Source of the DNA: Podarcis liolepis
Taxonomy: Eukaryota
Length of the DNA stretch: 64,000 nucleotides
Direction: 5' to 3' (one strand)
NCBI GenBank assembly: GCA_965112155.1
Contig: OZ218108.1
Of the stretch, positions 47,292 through 60,886 are shown in pieces (within the stretch, counting starts at the first letter, position 1; each line of letters opens with the position of its first letter). The notes below the pieces were generated by a model, which worked only from the letters and a program-made list of their open reading frames with translations, was not told the origin of the DNA and ran no database searches. A program made the translations under genes and the position numbers.

Positions 47292-49818
47292 AGAGAGGGG
47301 AAGGGAAGGAGGAGGAGAGCAGGTGGGTAGGGAAGGGGTAGTAGGGAGGGGGCGAGCAACAGAGATGCAGGATGGGGGGGTGTCCCGATGGTGGGAAATA
47401 CCCACATCTTCTGTCCAGCTGGCAGACAGGCTACATATAGCTAGTTCTGCAATACATTGGAAGCCACACACCCCTCCATGTCTACATAACTGTTTATTGG
47501 CCTCATTTATTTGGAAAGTTGAGCTATGAAAAACTCAATGTTACTTTCAGTGTCGTTCCCACTACTATGTCATATCATAGAAATGCTTCCATTTCAAAAA
47601 CCTTTTTGAAAGTAAAATTCATTAGTAATAATTGATAATCTTTAGTCTCTTGTCATGAATTCATAGGTCCCATCCTTTTTACCGAATGAGTGGTTTTTCA
47701 CCCCCTTCATGGGATAAGCACCTCTTTTTCAAAAGGATGTTTTAGAGTGTGGAATTTTCTGTTCGGTCTGTAGGCCAATCTGGAGTTACGGGGACAACCT
47801 TAAAGGTAAAGGATAAGCCACTGCTGAAGTTAGCTGTGAAGCTGTCTTCTAAGTAGGATGTTAATTACTAAGGTGCCAAAGGAGAAGAAAGGAATAACAG
47901 TGCTAAGACATAGATGTTCCTTAAGTATCTCTACTTGATGGGACATTTATCAGGTGGGCAGGATGTGTACTTTGTTTGAAGAGATAATGTGTGTGAGAGA
48001 CAGTCTCCTGGGGCACTCTGTCTGTTTCCTAAAAAGTGACTCACCAGCCCGTTCTCACAGAAATCTCAGGCTGGTCTTTACTTTATAGATGTCTGGAATA
48101 TCAAAAGGTATTCAAAAAGGCATTTCTCTTTCAGAGACCCTGGTTGCTCTGAGCAGTGGCATACTATGGGTTGCCACGTCCCGGGGCCGCGCAGAAAGGG
48201 GGGAGGGAGGGAAATGGATGGAGCACACCTGCGCATTGTGTCTGCGTCACCCAGGAGATCTCAGCTGCAGAGATAAGAAGAGCCATTCCATTGTCTTGAG
48301 AGGTCACTTCCTGGTTCACATGGAGAAACCGTTTCTCAACAGAGCCCAGCAATGGAAGCACACAGCTGTATTACTGAGGCATCACTGGGTGTGCCTGACA
48401 ATTTTGCACCGGGGGGGTAACCTCCCCTGTGCCCCCACCAATGCTGCACCACTGTTGTGGATAGTTTGTGTGTATTGTAGCAGAAGAAATTGTGCAGTTA
48501 GCTCAGGGCAGAAGGGAAGAATCTTTCTCATCTTCCCAGAGCGGCTGAATATTTAATACAATGGCTGTGCCATCTCCTGTCTTCAACCCCAAATCCACAG
48601 AAATGTCACGGCCACCTCAGTGGGACTCAGGGACCTCTGGTGGTCCAGGGCCCACAGTTTGGGAACTGCTGGTTTAGGGGTCAGTGCTAATGTGCAGAAT
48701 TAGCTTAAATGGGACCAGCATGTATCCATGCCTCGTGTCCATAAACAGTGCACTCGTTGCAAATTGCTATGCAATATGAACTAATCTGCACCTCTGGAAC
48801 TAATGCGCATATTGAAATTTCGTTTTCCCTGGGATTTTGTGTTTCTCAAAATGTTGCAATGTATCATAATATCAGATTGAAAGAGAACTTGAGAGAGCAT
48901 GAACATTTTTATATGTACTTTGAGAGGACTTTTTAAAAATTGCAGATTGATTAGGAAATGGGTAGAAATGTGGAAGTGGCCAGACCAGAATTAAATTCAC
49001 CTATCTCTTTCTTTGCACAATTACTTAATAAGATGAGAATTTCATACGAGCCTATAATTTAGAATATTATAACCCTGCTAAAATCAATGACCATGTTGCT
49101 GCCGACTTCTATGAGGTTTTTTTTGTGCCTTATGTGATTAGAAACCATAAACATGCTGGTTTTGAGCCTGGGCTCCACTAGTTACATTTATTTTCTCAAC
49201 AATATTATTGAACCTGATTCTTGCTCTAGAACTGTTGATTGCTGTTTTGATTTTAAAAATAATAATAAATATTTTTTGTATAAAAAATCAGTAAAGATGG
49301 ATCAATGGAAACTGAGCTTTGACATTTTAAAATCAAGTGGTGGCTTTTAAATTATAGGTTTACAAATGCAGTCTCATCACAGTTTAATGAAACCCACAAA
49401 GTAACAGTTTTCATGCTTTGTTTTGTTTTTAAGATGTGTCAGGTGTTACTGGAAAAGGGAAAGTGCTGTTGCACATTGAAGGCTAACTTTGAGGAGGCCA
49501 GAATTAGTGTGATCAGATGGATGAAGTGTACCTATGAAAGGGAGGTTGGAATGCCAAATCATGGATTGGTTTCATTTCATATGAATCAACAATCAAGGAT
49601 TCTCATTGCTGCCCCTACCTCCTGATTTCTGTATGGTGATTCCTTCCTGGTTTTAGCAAAACATTTCATTTCTTTCAAACTGGAAATCTTCGATTGTGGC
49701 ACTTGCCTTGGATAGCAGTACCAAGCCATGGTTCGATGTTGCATGTAAACCTTTCTAAAAGTCCATGCAAGATTACACTGCAATTTTGCTCCAAGCAACA
49801 GGCTACTCTTTTGGAATA

Positions 49819-50063
49819 CAGTGGTACCTTGGTTTTTGAATGTAATCCATTCTGGAAGACTGTTCGACTTACAAAACGTTCGAAAACCAAGGCACAATGG
49901 GTGGTCTGCAATTTCAGTGGAGAAAATTGGGGGGGGGAGGAACTCAGCAGAAGCTGTTTGACTTCCGAAAAGCGTTCAAAAACAGAACCAATTAGTTCCA
50001 GGTTTTCGGCGTTCAAAGCTGAAACTTCGGCTTCCAAGATGCTCGGAAACTGAGGTACCACTG
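49819..50063. mobile_element. Tigger/pogo-like MITE just upstream of exon 3
   Basis: TA-CAGTGGTACCT ... AGGTACCACTG-TA. Confidence 0.85.
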
Positions 50064-50111
50064 TATATTTTGCAGAGGTATCATAAATTTGCATTCTTGT
50101 TTTCAATACAG

Positions 50112-50369
50112 GAAGAACATTCTTCGTTTCTTGGATGCAGAAAGAGATGTCTCAGTAGTCAAAAGCAGCTTCAAGCCCGGAGATGTAATCCATTACGTGC
50201 TAGACAGACGCCGCACACTAAATATTTCTCAGGATTTACACAGTCTTCTTCCTGAAGTTTCACCGATGAAGAACCGCCGATTTAAGTCATGTGCTGTTGT
50301 AGGAAATTCTGGTATTCTCCTTGATAGTGGCTGTGGAAAAGAGATTGACAACCACGAGTTTGTTATAAG
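50112..50369 (+). CDS. ST8SIA4: ST8SIA4 coding exon 3 (polybasic region, first part of sialylmotif L)
   Basis: Acceptor tacAG at 50110-50111. Encodes (R)[85 protein letters not shown](R). [10 protein letters not shown] is sialylmotif L. Donor AG|GTGAGC. 258 nt. Confidence 0.98.
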
Positions 50370-51291
50370 GTGAGCATTCATCTCTCACTTGACAGGTTGT
50401 CTTTTACTTCAGCAGTAATGAACACAAATGTTTTAACTTGGAACAATGATTTGGAATTGCTAAATGATAACTTTCACTGTGTGGTGCCCAGAGTTAAATA
50501 TATTTCACAATAAAAAGAACAGGTCCGTCTTTTATATTGCAAATGAGAATTTGCACTGTTGGAGACCGCAGTGAGATTTGTAATATTGTTTTGTAGGTTC
50601 TGGTTTTGCTCTTTATGCAGGCAAAAATCACTATTCCAATAGCAAGCTGGCTCTGCAAAATGAAAATGTTTTCATTTTCTCCTTCCTGCCAATAGTCATA
50701 GTAGAAAATCACCACCTTTACTTATTATATATGCACTGTATGGGGTACAATTTATGTGAAATGCATTGAGGATTAGCCAGATAGCTCCCATTAAGGGAAT
50801 TGGAAGTCACACATCTACACCCTTGTGTGCTGCACCGAAAATATATTCTGGCTGCATCTGCAAATGTATTCACATATTTTAGTTTAAATAATTAGTTTGT
50901 TTGTCCAAAACAAAGTGTTCTACTTTGTCAAAGGTCAGCGAGGAATTGAAAGGAGTTGTGGGCACTGTTTAATAGACTGTCACGTACGAATGTAAAACAA
51001 GTTTTAGTTGAAAATACGAGGCATTGGGTGCCATCCAGAACCATTAAAAATCAATCTGAGTCTTGCTGTTGGCTTGAGTGGAATATGGTTTATTCCCACT
51101 ATGCTTTTAGCAAGTCACAGTTTTCCATGCCTAATAGAACGGACATGATCCTGCCACTTCCATCTGTCAGAATAACATTTTCTCAGCTCTTGTATTGAAA
51201 TCAGTGGGCCTAAGTCTGCAGTCCTAAGCAAGTTCAGTATTGTGAAGGCTCGAGTTCAGTGGGACTTACTTCCGAGTTTGTATACCTAAGT

Positions 51292-51381
51292 CATAGCTGT
51301 CAACATTTCCCCTTTTTTAAGGGAAATTCCCTTATTCCAAATAGGATTCCTCACAGGAAAAGGGAAAAGTTGACAGCTATG
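51292..51381. mobile_element. 90-bp hAT MITE
   Basis: TIR CATAGCTGTCAAC / GTTGACAGCTATG. Perfect 8-bp TSD ACCTAAGT at 51284-51291 and 51382-51389. Confidence 0.92.
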
Positions 51382-52272
51382 ACCTAAGTACGTACCATGT
51401 AAGTAAGTAAACACTATTGAAATCAGTGTGAATTATTGCTGTGCCTCATTTTTGTGAGGTTTGGTTTTTGATGTGAATGTTGTTGCTTTAGACTATAGAA
51501 TGAAGATGTCTGTGAAAAATTCAAAACTTGCTCTTTGCACATTTTTGACACCTATTTACTGTTATTGTTGCCCTAATATACCGCTGGTTCATCGCCCTGT
51601 ACATTCTGCCCCAGTTAGTCATCTACATGTGACTTGGCTGGGGCAAGGGGAGAACAGCCAGATTGCCTTGGCCATGGTGACACATGCCATATTGGATGTC
51701 TTGTCCCCTCTGCCCGGAACAGTATCCGTGCTTTCACAAAAGGCTGTATGTTTCATAGGAAGTAAACATTTTCTTGAAATATGCCCCATGCTATTTTAGC
51801 TCGGCGTTACTGAAATCATGCATAGGATTTCGCTGTTGAAAGTGCTGATGGATTGAACCTCTGCCCCCTCTCATCACTGATAAGTACATCCAGGACTAAG
51901 TGCAGTGAGAGATGGAATGATATCTCAAAATATTACTGCACCTTTCTTTTCATAATTGCGGAATGCTGTCCTTGATTAAGGGACTTTAAAAAGATCAAGA
52001 ATGTACACCCAGAACCCTACAAGACACTCCTTAGTCTACAATCATTTGTTAAGACGGGTGCACCTGATACCTTTTAAGAGTTTTAGACCTTAAAACATGT
52101 AAGATAAAAAGAAGTTAAAAGGTACTTGTTTTTTCTGTGTATACAGTAAAAGAAACAGTAAGTGAAACAAACATTAAATAACTCCAAGACATGTGCTATT
52201 CATCCATCGACTCCATCTAGGATGTTTCACAAGCATATACAGTAGATTTTTTGAGCTTATATTAGAATAGCA

Positions 52273-52528
52273 CAGGGGTCAGCAAACTTATTCAGTAGGG
52301 GGCCGGTCCACTGTCCCTTAGACCTTGTGGGGGCTGGACTATGGGTTTTTTTTGGGGGGGGGGATGAGTGAATTCGTATGCCCCACAAATAACCCAGAGA
52401 TGCATTTTAAATAAAAGGACACATTCTACTCATGTAAAAACATGCTGATTCCCGGATCTTTCCATAGGCTGGATTTAGAAGGCGATTGGGCCAGATCCAG
52501 CCCCTGGGCCTTAGTTTGCCTATCCATG
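52273..52528. mobile_element. hAT-Charlie-like MITE
   Basis: CAGGGGTCAGCAAACT / AGTTTGCCTATCCATG. TSD GAA(T/A)AGCA at 52265-52272 and 52529-52536. Confidence 0.85.
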
Positions 52529-54308
52529 GAAAAGCATATTTGAGGCCTGGGTCTTTTATTAGTGCCACCACCTGTTCTCCTAACTTAGGTTCTCATATTG
52601 CTCTATTTGGACACGAAATGCCCTGTGATTTACTCTTCTTTCATTTGTGACCAATGCAGACCCATTCCTGCTAGCCAGAATCTGGGAATGCTCTTCTTAT
52701 TTGCATGTGTTCAGAAACGGGACAGACTCACAGGAGTCATTGCTTGTCTGAAAAGTATAATGCAGGCAGCTGTCTTGGGATTCAATTTTGAAAATAATAT
52801 CACATTCAATACACTGGATACAAGTCTCTCAGTGTGTTAGTCAAGTTAACTGCTATAGCTGGCATGTTGGAATCCAGGGATGTATAAACTTTTAATATCT
52901 GCAGAGTAATTCCAATTTATCCAGCAGTGAATCTGCTAAAGCAAGATGAATGCATAGTATAGGATATTCAAGGATGCCGTGTGCGAAGTATTTGAAATCA
53001 GCAATGTATGCATTCATTATATTCTATTAAATGAATCTGGATTTCTATTTTTAAAGGGGCTAGACTTGATAGATCTTGCTCTTCTGTAAGATAGCACAAA
53101 AATACTCCTGTACTGTTCCTAGGGCAATTCTCTGGAAGCAGTCTGTATTACAAAAGATAAGAAAATTTATTGCTAAGTCTCTGTGCATCTGTAAATGGCA
53201 TGGTTCTACTTCATGCTTTCCCTACATGCTCTCTTGCAAGAGATTCAGTCAAGAAGGGGCTAGATAGTTAAGCTGAAATACCTACCATTAAATTGATCAG
53301 ATAGGTCACAACTGACTTTATTGATGGATTATATGAATAAAATGATAGGAATGTTGCACTCCCCCACCAGAAACGGCAATCAAACATTTGTTCAATTGAT
53401 TAGAGCATCCTTGCTAGTGTGAGCAAAAATCAGCTACTGACTTTCTGTTGCTCTTCTGGCTCCAATGTAAGAATTGAATCAGGCATATGTGAAAAGCCGT
53501 AAGGGAGGACAAATAAACCTGTATGTAAGTAGACAGGAATGTAGAATAAGAATGTGAAATAACACAGAGATGAAGTCAGAGATGTAGATTCCGTTTGGAT
53601 ATACTTTCTTTCTCCCTCTCTTTCTCCACTCCATCAAATTTCCTGCCCACTATTACACAGGCAGAGTTTCATAAACCTGATTCCTTAAGTGGCCTGTGTA
53701 CCTCAGAAGAAGCCATATTTTTTCATTCTCTAGAGTGATGTGTGGTCAGTGTTTTTTAGTTTTTATGGAGTGGCATTGTTGTGCTAGCTAATGATGCCAT
53801 TGCATTCTACATGGTGGGAGAAACTTGCTAGTATTATTCGAGATAGTCTTAGTGTCTGCTACATGGCCAAGTATAATGTCTAGATGGGCTTAAGCTTTCT
53901 TGACTCAGGAGGAAGGCCCATAAAATAGCCATACTTAGCCAAGATTCGGGAAGTAGCAGGAACTTCTGAATAAAGGAAATTGGTCTTCAGCATATTTGGT
54001 TGCAACCAACACTGCTGCTCTGCCTGCACAACAGATTTTCACTCGTACAGAGGAATTTCCTTTTCCTCTTGATTGCAGACACCACCACACCTCAGATCCT
54101 CAATATCTGTTAGGGAGCAGATTAAGGGGGATGCAAGGAGAAGGAGGAAAGTTCTGTTGTGTGCTCACGCAGTGTTGAATATAGCCCATTATGTCCGTGT
54201 CTAAATATCACTCAAGAACAAGCATGCATGCAAAAAGATGGTAACTTGTTGGTTATGTAATTCCAAGCAAGTAGTTTATCCCTGCTTCACAAAATACTAT
54301 TGAACTAG

Positions 54309-54660
54309 TAAAAGGTAAAGGTACCCCTGACCATTAGGTCCAGTCGCGGATGACTCAGAGTTGCGGTGCTCATCTCACTCTATAGGCCAAGGAAGCCAGC
54401 GTTTGTCCGCAGAAAGCTTCCGGGTCATGTGGCCAGCATGACTAAGCCGCTTCTGGTGAACCAGAGCAGTGCACGGAAACGGCGTTTACCTTCCTGCTGG
54501 AAGGTACTTGCACTTCGATGTGATTTCGAACTGCTAGGCGGGTAGGAGCTGGGACCGAGCAACGGGAGCTCACCCCATCGCGGGGATTTGAACCACCAAC
54601 CTTCCAATTGGCAATCCCTAGGCTCAATGGTTTAGACCACAGCGCCATCCATGTCCTGCC
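54309..54660 (-). mobile_element. Sauria SINE
   Basis: Same family sequence on the - strand. 13-bp TSD ACTATTGAACTAG at 54296-54308 and 54661-54673. Confidence 0.92.
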
Positions 54661-56239
54661 ACTATTGAACTAGGTCATATTTAATAAGTATGCTTACATT
54701 TTTACTTTCACTAAACATACCTAGAATTCAATGTAACACCAAGGAGACAAAGCGACAATCCCCTGTACTGATTGTAAGCGGCTGGTCAGAAATGTCATAG
54801 CAGCTGCTGCCCATGGTTCTGAAGTTTCATGGCTCTTCAGTGGAGGAGAATGTATTATTGGGGGAGAATGGGGTGGCATGGCAGGCAGAATTTGGCCCGC
54901 AGGCCTTAAGTTCCCCTCTGCTGTACTAAATCATGCACTATTCTGATTCCCAGTACCTCTGCAATTTCCACAATACCTGTTGCAGATTATACCCCAACAT
55001 CTTACATTTATATTTTGTGGGTGTATATTTTCCATGCAGCAGATCTTTAGCTCTCCAGCTGGTGGTCTCATGGGCATATAAGTATTATCTGTATAATCTT
55101 TACATAGCAAAGCAGATCGAAAGATAATGTGTATGTAGATTTGAAGAACTGGATTGTAGAGTTAAAAAACAACAACCAGGAATAAAGTGTCTAGGCCACA
55201 TCTGCTTGTTGAAGCAAACACTCCAGTCTCTCCTACAGAAAGCATTAGAGTAATTTCAGAAGGTAGATGTATAGATCAAGGATGACAATCATTATTTTAT
55301 GCCGTGTTATTCTTGCTACCTGTTATTCACATGGAAAAACTAGCCTTTGAAGCTGTCACACGAAAGGCCATGCAGGTCCCCAAAGACTCTTTTATATCCA
55401 AAACTGAAAAAGTCACTATAAAAAATAAGAATGAGTGAACGTGTTTTTGGCCCTCCAAAAGAGATGAGATTTTGCAGATCAACAATGAGAGACTGAAACG
55501 AGTGACAACTATTTTAAAAATGTTCATTTTCGTTAAAAAAAAGAAAACAGTCGTTCTTCATATAGTCTGAAAATTTCTTGTTTACCAGGCAGGTTTTTAA
55601 TCTTGCCTAAAGGCCAGATGGCCGGACTGGAGAGGCTTTCACTCTCAAGAGACTTGGGTGAAACACGGGTGAAACTGGCTACCTTATATTCTCTTTCCCC
55701 CTGAAATTTAAATATATCCCTTTTGCTTATTTTTTTCATGCCCTTACAAACTACTGGCTTCAACAGATGAAACAATCTGAGAACTATGTTTAGCATCCTT
55801 CATGCAACTCAAAACTGAGAATGTGAGTTCTTTCCCCCACTTTGTTCTTTCTTCCTCAAACTAATCAATTGCAGCATGCTGAAACCACTGCCACTGTTTT
55901 TAGCAAAGCAACACACTGTCCATAAATAGGTACTGTAAAAAGATAAAATTCACTTTCCTAAATTTGTTTCTGCACAGAATGAGTGGCCTCATGCCTGTAG
56001 ATTTACATACTGCATGCTTGCGAAAGTGGGGACTCTCAAGTGACATTAATGAAACCTCAAAATATAAATGCAAAATAAAATTTTGATGGATTTTAGTAGC
56101 TTACTTTTTATATTGCAGAAGAACCTACTGCAGTTGGCTCATGGTATCAGGGTCCCAGATACCACTGGCTATTGAGTGTCAGTGGGAAAGAAATATATTT
56201 CCTCTTTTTCAAAATCCAGATTAACAACAAGATATATAC

Positions 56240-56375
56240 CAGGCTTCCTCAGCCTTGGCCCTCCAGATGTTTTTGGCCTACAACTCCCATGATCCCTAGC
56301 TAGCAGGACCAGTGGTCAGGGATGCTGGGAATTGCCGTCTCAAAACATCTGGAGGGCCAAGGTTGAGGAAGCCTG
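56240..56375. mobile_element. Palindromic hAT MITE; degenerate relatives at ~8765-8870, 25630-25765, 45230-45330, 56428-56557
   Basis: CAGGCTTCCTCA..CCCTCCAGATGTT / AACATCTGGAGGG..TGAGGAAGCCTG. TSD AT(A/C)TATAC at 56232-56239 and 56376-56383. Confidence 0.87.
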
Positions 56376-56746
56376 ATCTATACATTAGGCAAGCAGCATG
56401 CACTTACAGTCCTAGTAAGGTTAGCTCAGAGATGTAGAACCTGTGGCCCTCCAGATGTTGTTGGAGCCCATCAGCCTCATATAGCATAGCTTAATAGTCA
56501 GCAGTCATGGGAGTTGTAGTCCAACAATGAATGGAGAGTCCTGGGTTCCTTATCTGTAGGGTAATAATAATAATAATTTGTTATTTATACCCCGCTCATC
56601 TGGCTGGGAGAGGGCTCTATCATAATGGGAAAGTCTTCTTCTCTGATCGTGGGTAACTTATAAATACCCACTTACCTGATACCTACAAAGTAACTCGTGT
56701 GTTTTGCCTAACATTGGAGATAGGTCAAGAGAATGGTATATAAGTA

Positions 56747-57072
56747 CAGTGGTGCCTCGCAAGACGAAAAGAATCTGTTCTGTGATTCTCTTCGTCTAGC
56801 GGTTTTTTCATCTTGCGAAGCAAGCCCATTGACGGATTAGCGGATTAGCGCTATTAGCGGCTTTTAGCAGCTTATCTGCTGATCGGATCAGCTGATAAGT
56901 GGCTTAGCGGCTTAGAAAAGGGGGGGGGAACCCGCAGGAACTTGCAAGGCATTGTCGTCTTGCGAAGCAAGCCCATAGGAAATTCGTTTTGTGAAGCACC
57001 TCCAAAACGGAAAACCCTTTCGTCTAGCGGGTTTTCCGTCTTGCGGGGCATTTGTCTTGCAGGGCACCACTG
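56747..57072. mobile_element. Tigger/pogo-like MITE with internal (TTAGCGG)-type repeats
   Basis: TA-CAGTGGTGCC ... GGCACCACTG-TA. Confidence 0.85.
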
Positions 57073-59767
57073 TATACAGAGATGGGGAATCAGCCATTGT
57101 GTATTTCTCCCCCACCCCCTAAAGGCTGTGGTGCAACCTGGAATATCCATAGCACCCACAGTTTATGTAGTTTGAATGTCTGCCACCTTCTTCATATTCC
57201 GCCTTAACACTCTTTCAAGATGACTTCACATCATCCAGCTTTTCTTCTTCATCCCTTTGCTTTGCTTATTTCGCCTGATTAGGAGTTCTTGCAGAAGTGC
57301 ACTTAATATATATATATGCCTCCAACCCTCCAATATCTAAAATGTACTGAAATTTTCTGCTCTGGAGAGAAGCAGCAACATAGAACCCTTATCCTTTTTC
57401 TAACTATGTTTGATAGTAGCTACAGGAACTCCCAATTTTTGTTTCTGTTTCATTTAGTTGCAATGCATTTTTTTAAAAAAGCATCACTAATTTCCCCATT
57501 GTGAAACACTGATGTTAGCTAAAATAGTGAAATCTTTCTAAAGTTCTTTTGCTGCCATTGTTTCCTGGTTGCTCACAGATTGCATTCTAAATCCTTCCAT
57601 AAACATATTAATGGAAGGTTCTGCAACAAAGGTATCAGTAGCATTGCAGTCTTTCACAGGAAGTGATGAATCACTGATACTCTTGCTGTTCATATTTATA
57701 GTCATGCACCTGCTTCCTTGAGTCAATATGCAGTCTGAAGAATGGCACTTATTTCAGATATGTGCTCATAGTGGAATGGACCATGCTGCAAATGGCTGAA
57801 ATATTTACAGGAGTGTTTTGTAAGATGAAGTGCTTTTTGAAATAGAAGGAGAGGTGGCTAGATTATCACAACAACTGAGATTTTAAATAACAAAGCTGCC
57901 CAGAGATTATTTTGAGCAGATGCAAAGGAAAGCTTTTCTTCCTTCTACCTTCTGAGTAAAAGAGACATTAATTTAGATGGGAAAAGTAAAGATTGGGGTG
58001 TAATCTTATTTACAGTAGGTGGTTGGGTGTGATGATCTAATGCTTCCAGTATTCTTCAGCTTATACTTGGCATTTAGGTAACTGCGGCCTGGTAGTCATT
58101 TATGACTGGTGGACATGTATTTTTTATTATAATTACTGAAAACCTATGAGGAGATTTGCGGGTTGTACGTTAGTTGTACTAAAGTAGCAATGGTGGGTCC
58201 AGGATGCCAGGGGGATTGCCTCCTCTTGTACAACCTACCTACTTCCCTAATATGAGATGGAGAGGCCCTTATCTGTGTCCCATCTAGGATGAAAGCGTGG
58301 TTGGTGGTGGCATGGGATAGAGCCCTTTTAGTGGCTCCCACCATCATTGTAGAACTGTCAGGGTTCAGCCCTTCCCAGGCCTCAAACCTGAGGTCTCCTC
58401 AGAAGAGGAGCAGAGGATACGGTGAACCAGGTAGGAACTTCAGAGCTGCATCAAGCATGGATGGACTAGCTGGATGCAAGGCTACTTGAGAAACTGAGGA
58501 AGCACCTGCTCAGATCAGGGCTGGCTGAGAGCTGGGAAGGGGCAGAGCTTCCATATCCTGTAGAAGCTCCCAGTCTGAGATGATTCATTGTGGAGGCAAT
58601 AGTTCTTATTCAAACTCCATCCTGCCTGACATGGGGAATATGGGCAGGACACATTGCCCTGAGAAGACTAGATGTACCCCAGTTACCTATGGCTTTTTAA
58701 AATGATTTTTTCTAAACCTGAATCCAATCCTTAGCAGGAGACTTGCAGGACAGACAGCCAAATCATATGGAGAGGCTATTGTCCCTACTTCCTATAGGAA
58801 GCAATAAGGTCAGTCCCTCAGTAGCCTTCTCCATTGATGTCAGCCTGCGTCCCCTGTTCCTATGTAGTGATGCCTAGAGTTATACAAGGTGACCAGTATA
58901 ATAAGTTTGCTATGCCCTCACGCCTGCCTTTGCTTACAAATGGCAACACATTTGGGATTTTAAAATAGAAAGCTGCTACTTATACAATGGTATTTGAGGT
59001 TTTATGGAACATTTGACAGCATTTTACAATGTTCAAATAATAAGCAGTCAGTTTATGTCAACTAAGTAGCATGGCAACCATTTTATAAAAATATACATGT
59101 TTTTACAGATAAATATGTGAGCAGGGCTGCATTACAGTTTGAAATACCAGCCACAGAATGATTAATTTGATGGTTCTTATGACAGCATTCTTATCAGTGC
59201 ATCCTGATGGCAACTGTCGAAAGGGTATAAGTGTGAGTGAGTGAGTGAGTGAGTGAGAGTGTGTTAGGGATGAATCCTTCTATTCCAATCTGTGTCAGAT
59301 CTGCCAGTGCTCATCCATAAACCCATTCTGTCCATTTCTGAATTAATATATGGAATCTGCAGGGGAATGTGGGTTTTAAACGCGTTTTGACACTTTTTGA
59401 AGCCGAGAACTGTGTTGCAAAACTCGGAGAAGTGCAAAACCCCTAGGATAATTGTGTGATGATTTACACATTAGACTGGGAGGTGTTGATCAGGTTAGTC
59501 TGCATTGGAATTCAGAGAAATCAAATTCCTCTAGTGTGGTACCTTTAGAGTAAATGAACACTCTGTTAATTTCAAGAGCACTGGTTAGTTCCTTACAGCC
59601 TAACTATAAAACATTCTTCAGAAGTTCGTTGCATTCATTGAAATGGTGCTTATCTTCTAGGGAACGTACTTTAAATCAGTGGCCCATTCATTCAGCAGGT
59701 ACGCTGTTCTTCGTCTTGCTTAAGTGCATCATAAAGTAAGAGGTCCTTGTTGAGTTCAGTGGGATTT

Positions 59768-60388
59768 TTTTTTTTTTTAAATTTTAAAAAAACCTTTATT
59801 GTATCACCTCAATTAAAAAACATTTGTACATCTTCCATAAAAACCGACACAAAAACAACAAAAAAAAAGTATCAAGTATCAAAGAAATTAAAATACATAA
59901 ATCAATTTCAAGTTTCTTACTACTTAAATGCACATATCTTATATACATCAGATTCATTATCAGACTTCCCACCACCACGTCGAGAGCCATAACTCAACAG
60001 TATAATCAGCAGTGTCTTCATCTAATCGTAGTTCATACCTCGCGGTTTTTATATCGCACCAACTGTAATTTTTACATTTCCCAGAGTCAACTCCATGTAT
60101 GAGAGAAATTTATTCCAATTGTTAATAAATTTGTTATTTCTCTGTTGCCTGATCTTTTGAGTCATTATTGCTGTATCCATGTATTCAATTAGTTTATTTT
60201 GCCAATCACTGATCGAGGGGACATGCGATGATTTCCAACTCTGCGCTAACAGTATCCTTGCGGATACTGTTGCATACTGAAAAAAGATTTGGTCGTCTTT
60301 GTTGATTTCTTCTCCTATCATTCCTAAGAGGAATGCCTCGGGCTTTTTTGGGAATGTATACTTTAGAATCTAGATTCTAAAGATTCTA
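59768..60388 (-). mobile_element. Young 5'-truncated L1 LINE, antisense in intron 3
   Basis: ORF2 C-terminus ILKYTFPKKPEAFLLGMIGEE..QYATVSARILLAQSWK..W..K..WNKF. AATAAA and poly(A) on the - strand. Perfect 16-bp TSD GAGTTCAGTGGGATTT at 59752-59767 and 60389-60404. TT/AAA endonuclease-type site. Confidence 0.9.
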
Positions 60389-60592
60389 GAGTTCAGTGGG
60401 ATTTAAGATGCTTCTGGATTTCACCCAATATTTTTTAGATGACTAGATGCCACACAGTGCTTTGTGAAAGCATGTGGGACGCCACAGCCTTGCACGTTCA
60501 TTTTCAGCCTTTATTTCACGCACACCTTTTTATCTGAGTTAATGTTTCATATTTATTATTTTATTTTTTTCCATTAATCTCTTCCTCTTCAG

Positions 60593-60886
60593 GTGCAATC
60601 TAGCTCCCGTGGTGGAGTATGCTGCCGATGTGGGGACTAAATCAGATTTTATTACCATGAACCCATCAGTTGTACAAAGAGCATTTGGAGGCTTTCGGAA
60701 TGAGAGTGACAGAGAGAAATTTGTGCATAGGCTATCCATGCTGAATGACAGTGTCCTTTGGATCCCTGCTTTCATGGTCAAAGGCGGAGAGAAGCATGTG
60801 GAGTGGGTTAATGCATTAATCCTTAAGAATAAATTGAAAGTGCGAACTGCCTATCCATCACTGAGACTTATTCATGCTGTCAGAGG
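60593..60886 (+). CDS. ST8SIA4: ST8SIA4 coding exon 4 (end of sialylmotif L, polysialyltransferase domain)
   Basis: Polypyrimidine tract and cAG at 60591-60592. Encodes (R)[97 protein letters not shown](G). Donor GG|GTAAGT. 294 nt. The final exon (sialylmotifs S/VS) is not in the window. Confidence 0.98.

Noticed and set aside
48150-48671. hAT-Charlie-like element ending CAGTTTGGGAACTGCTG
   Set aside because: Only one plausible TIR and no TSD; boundaries unsupported.
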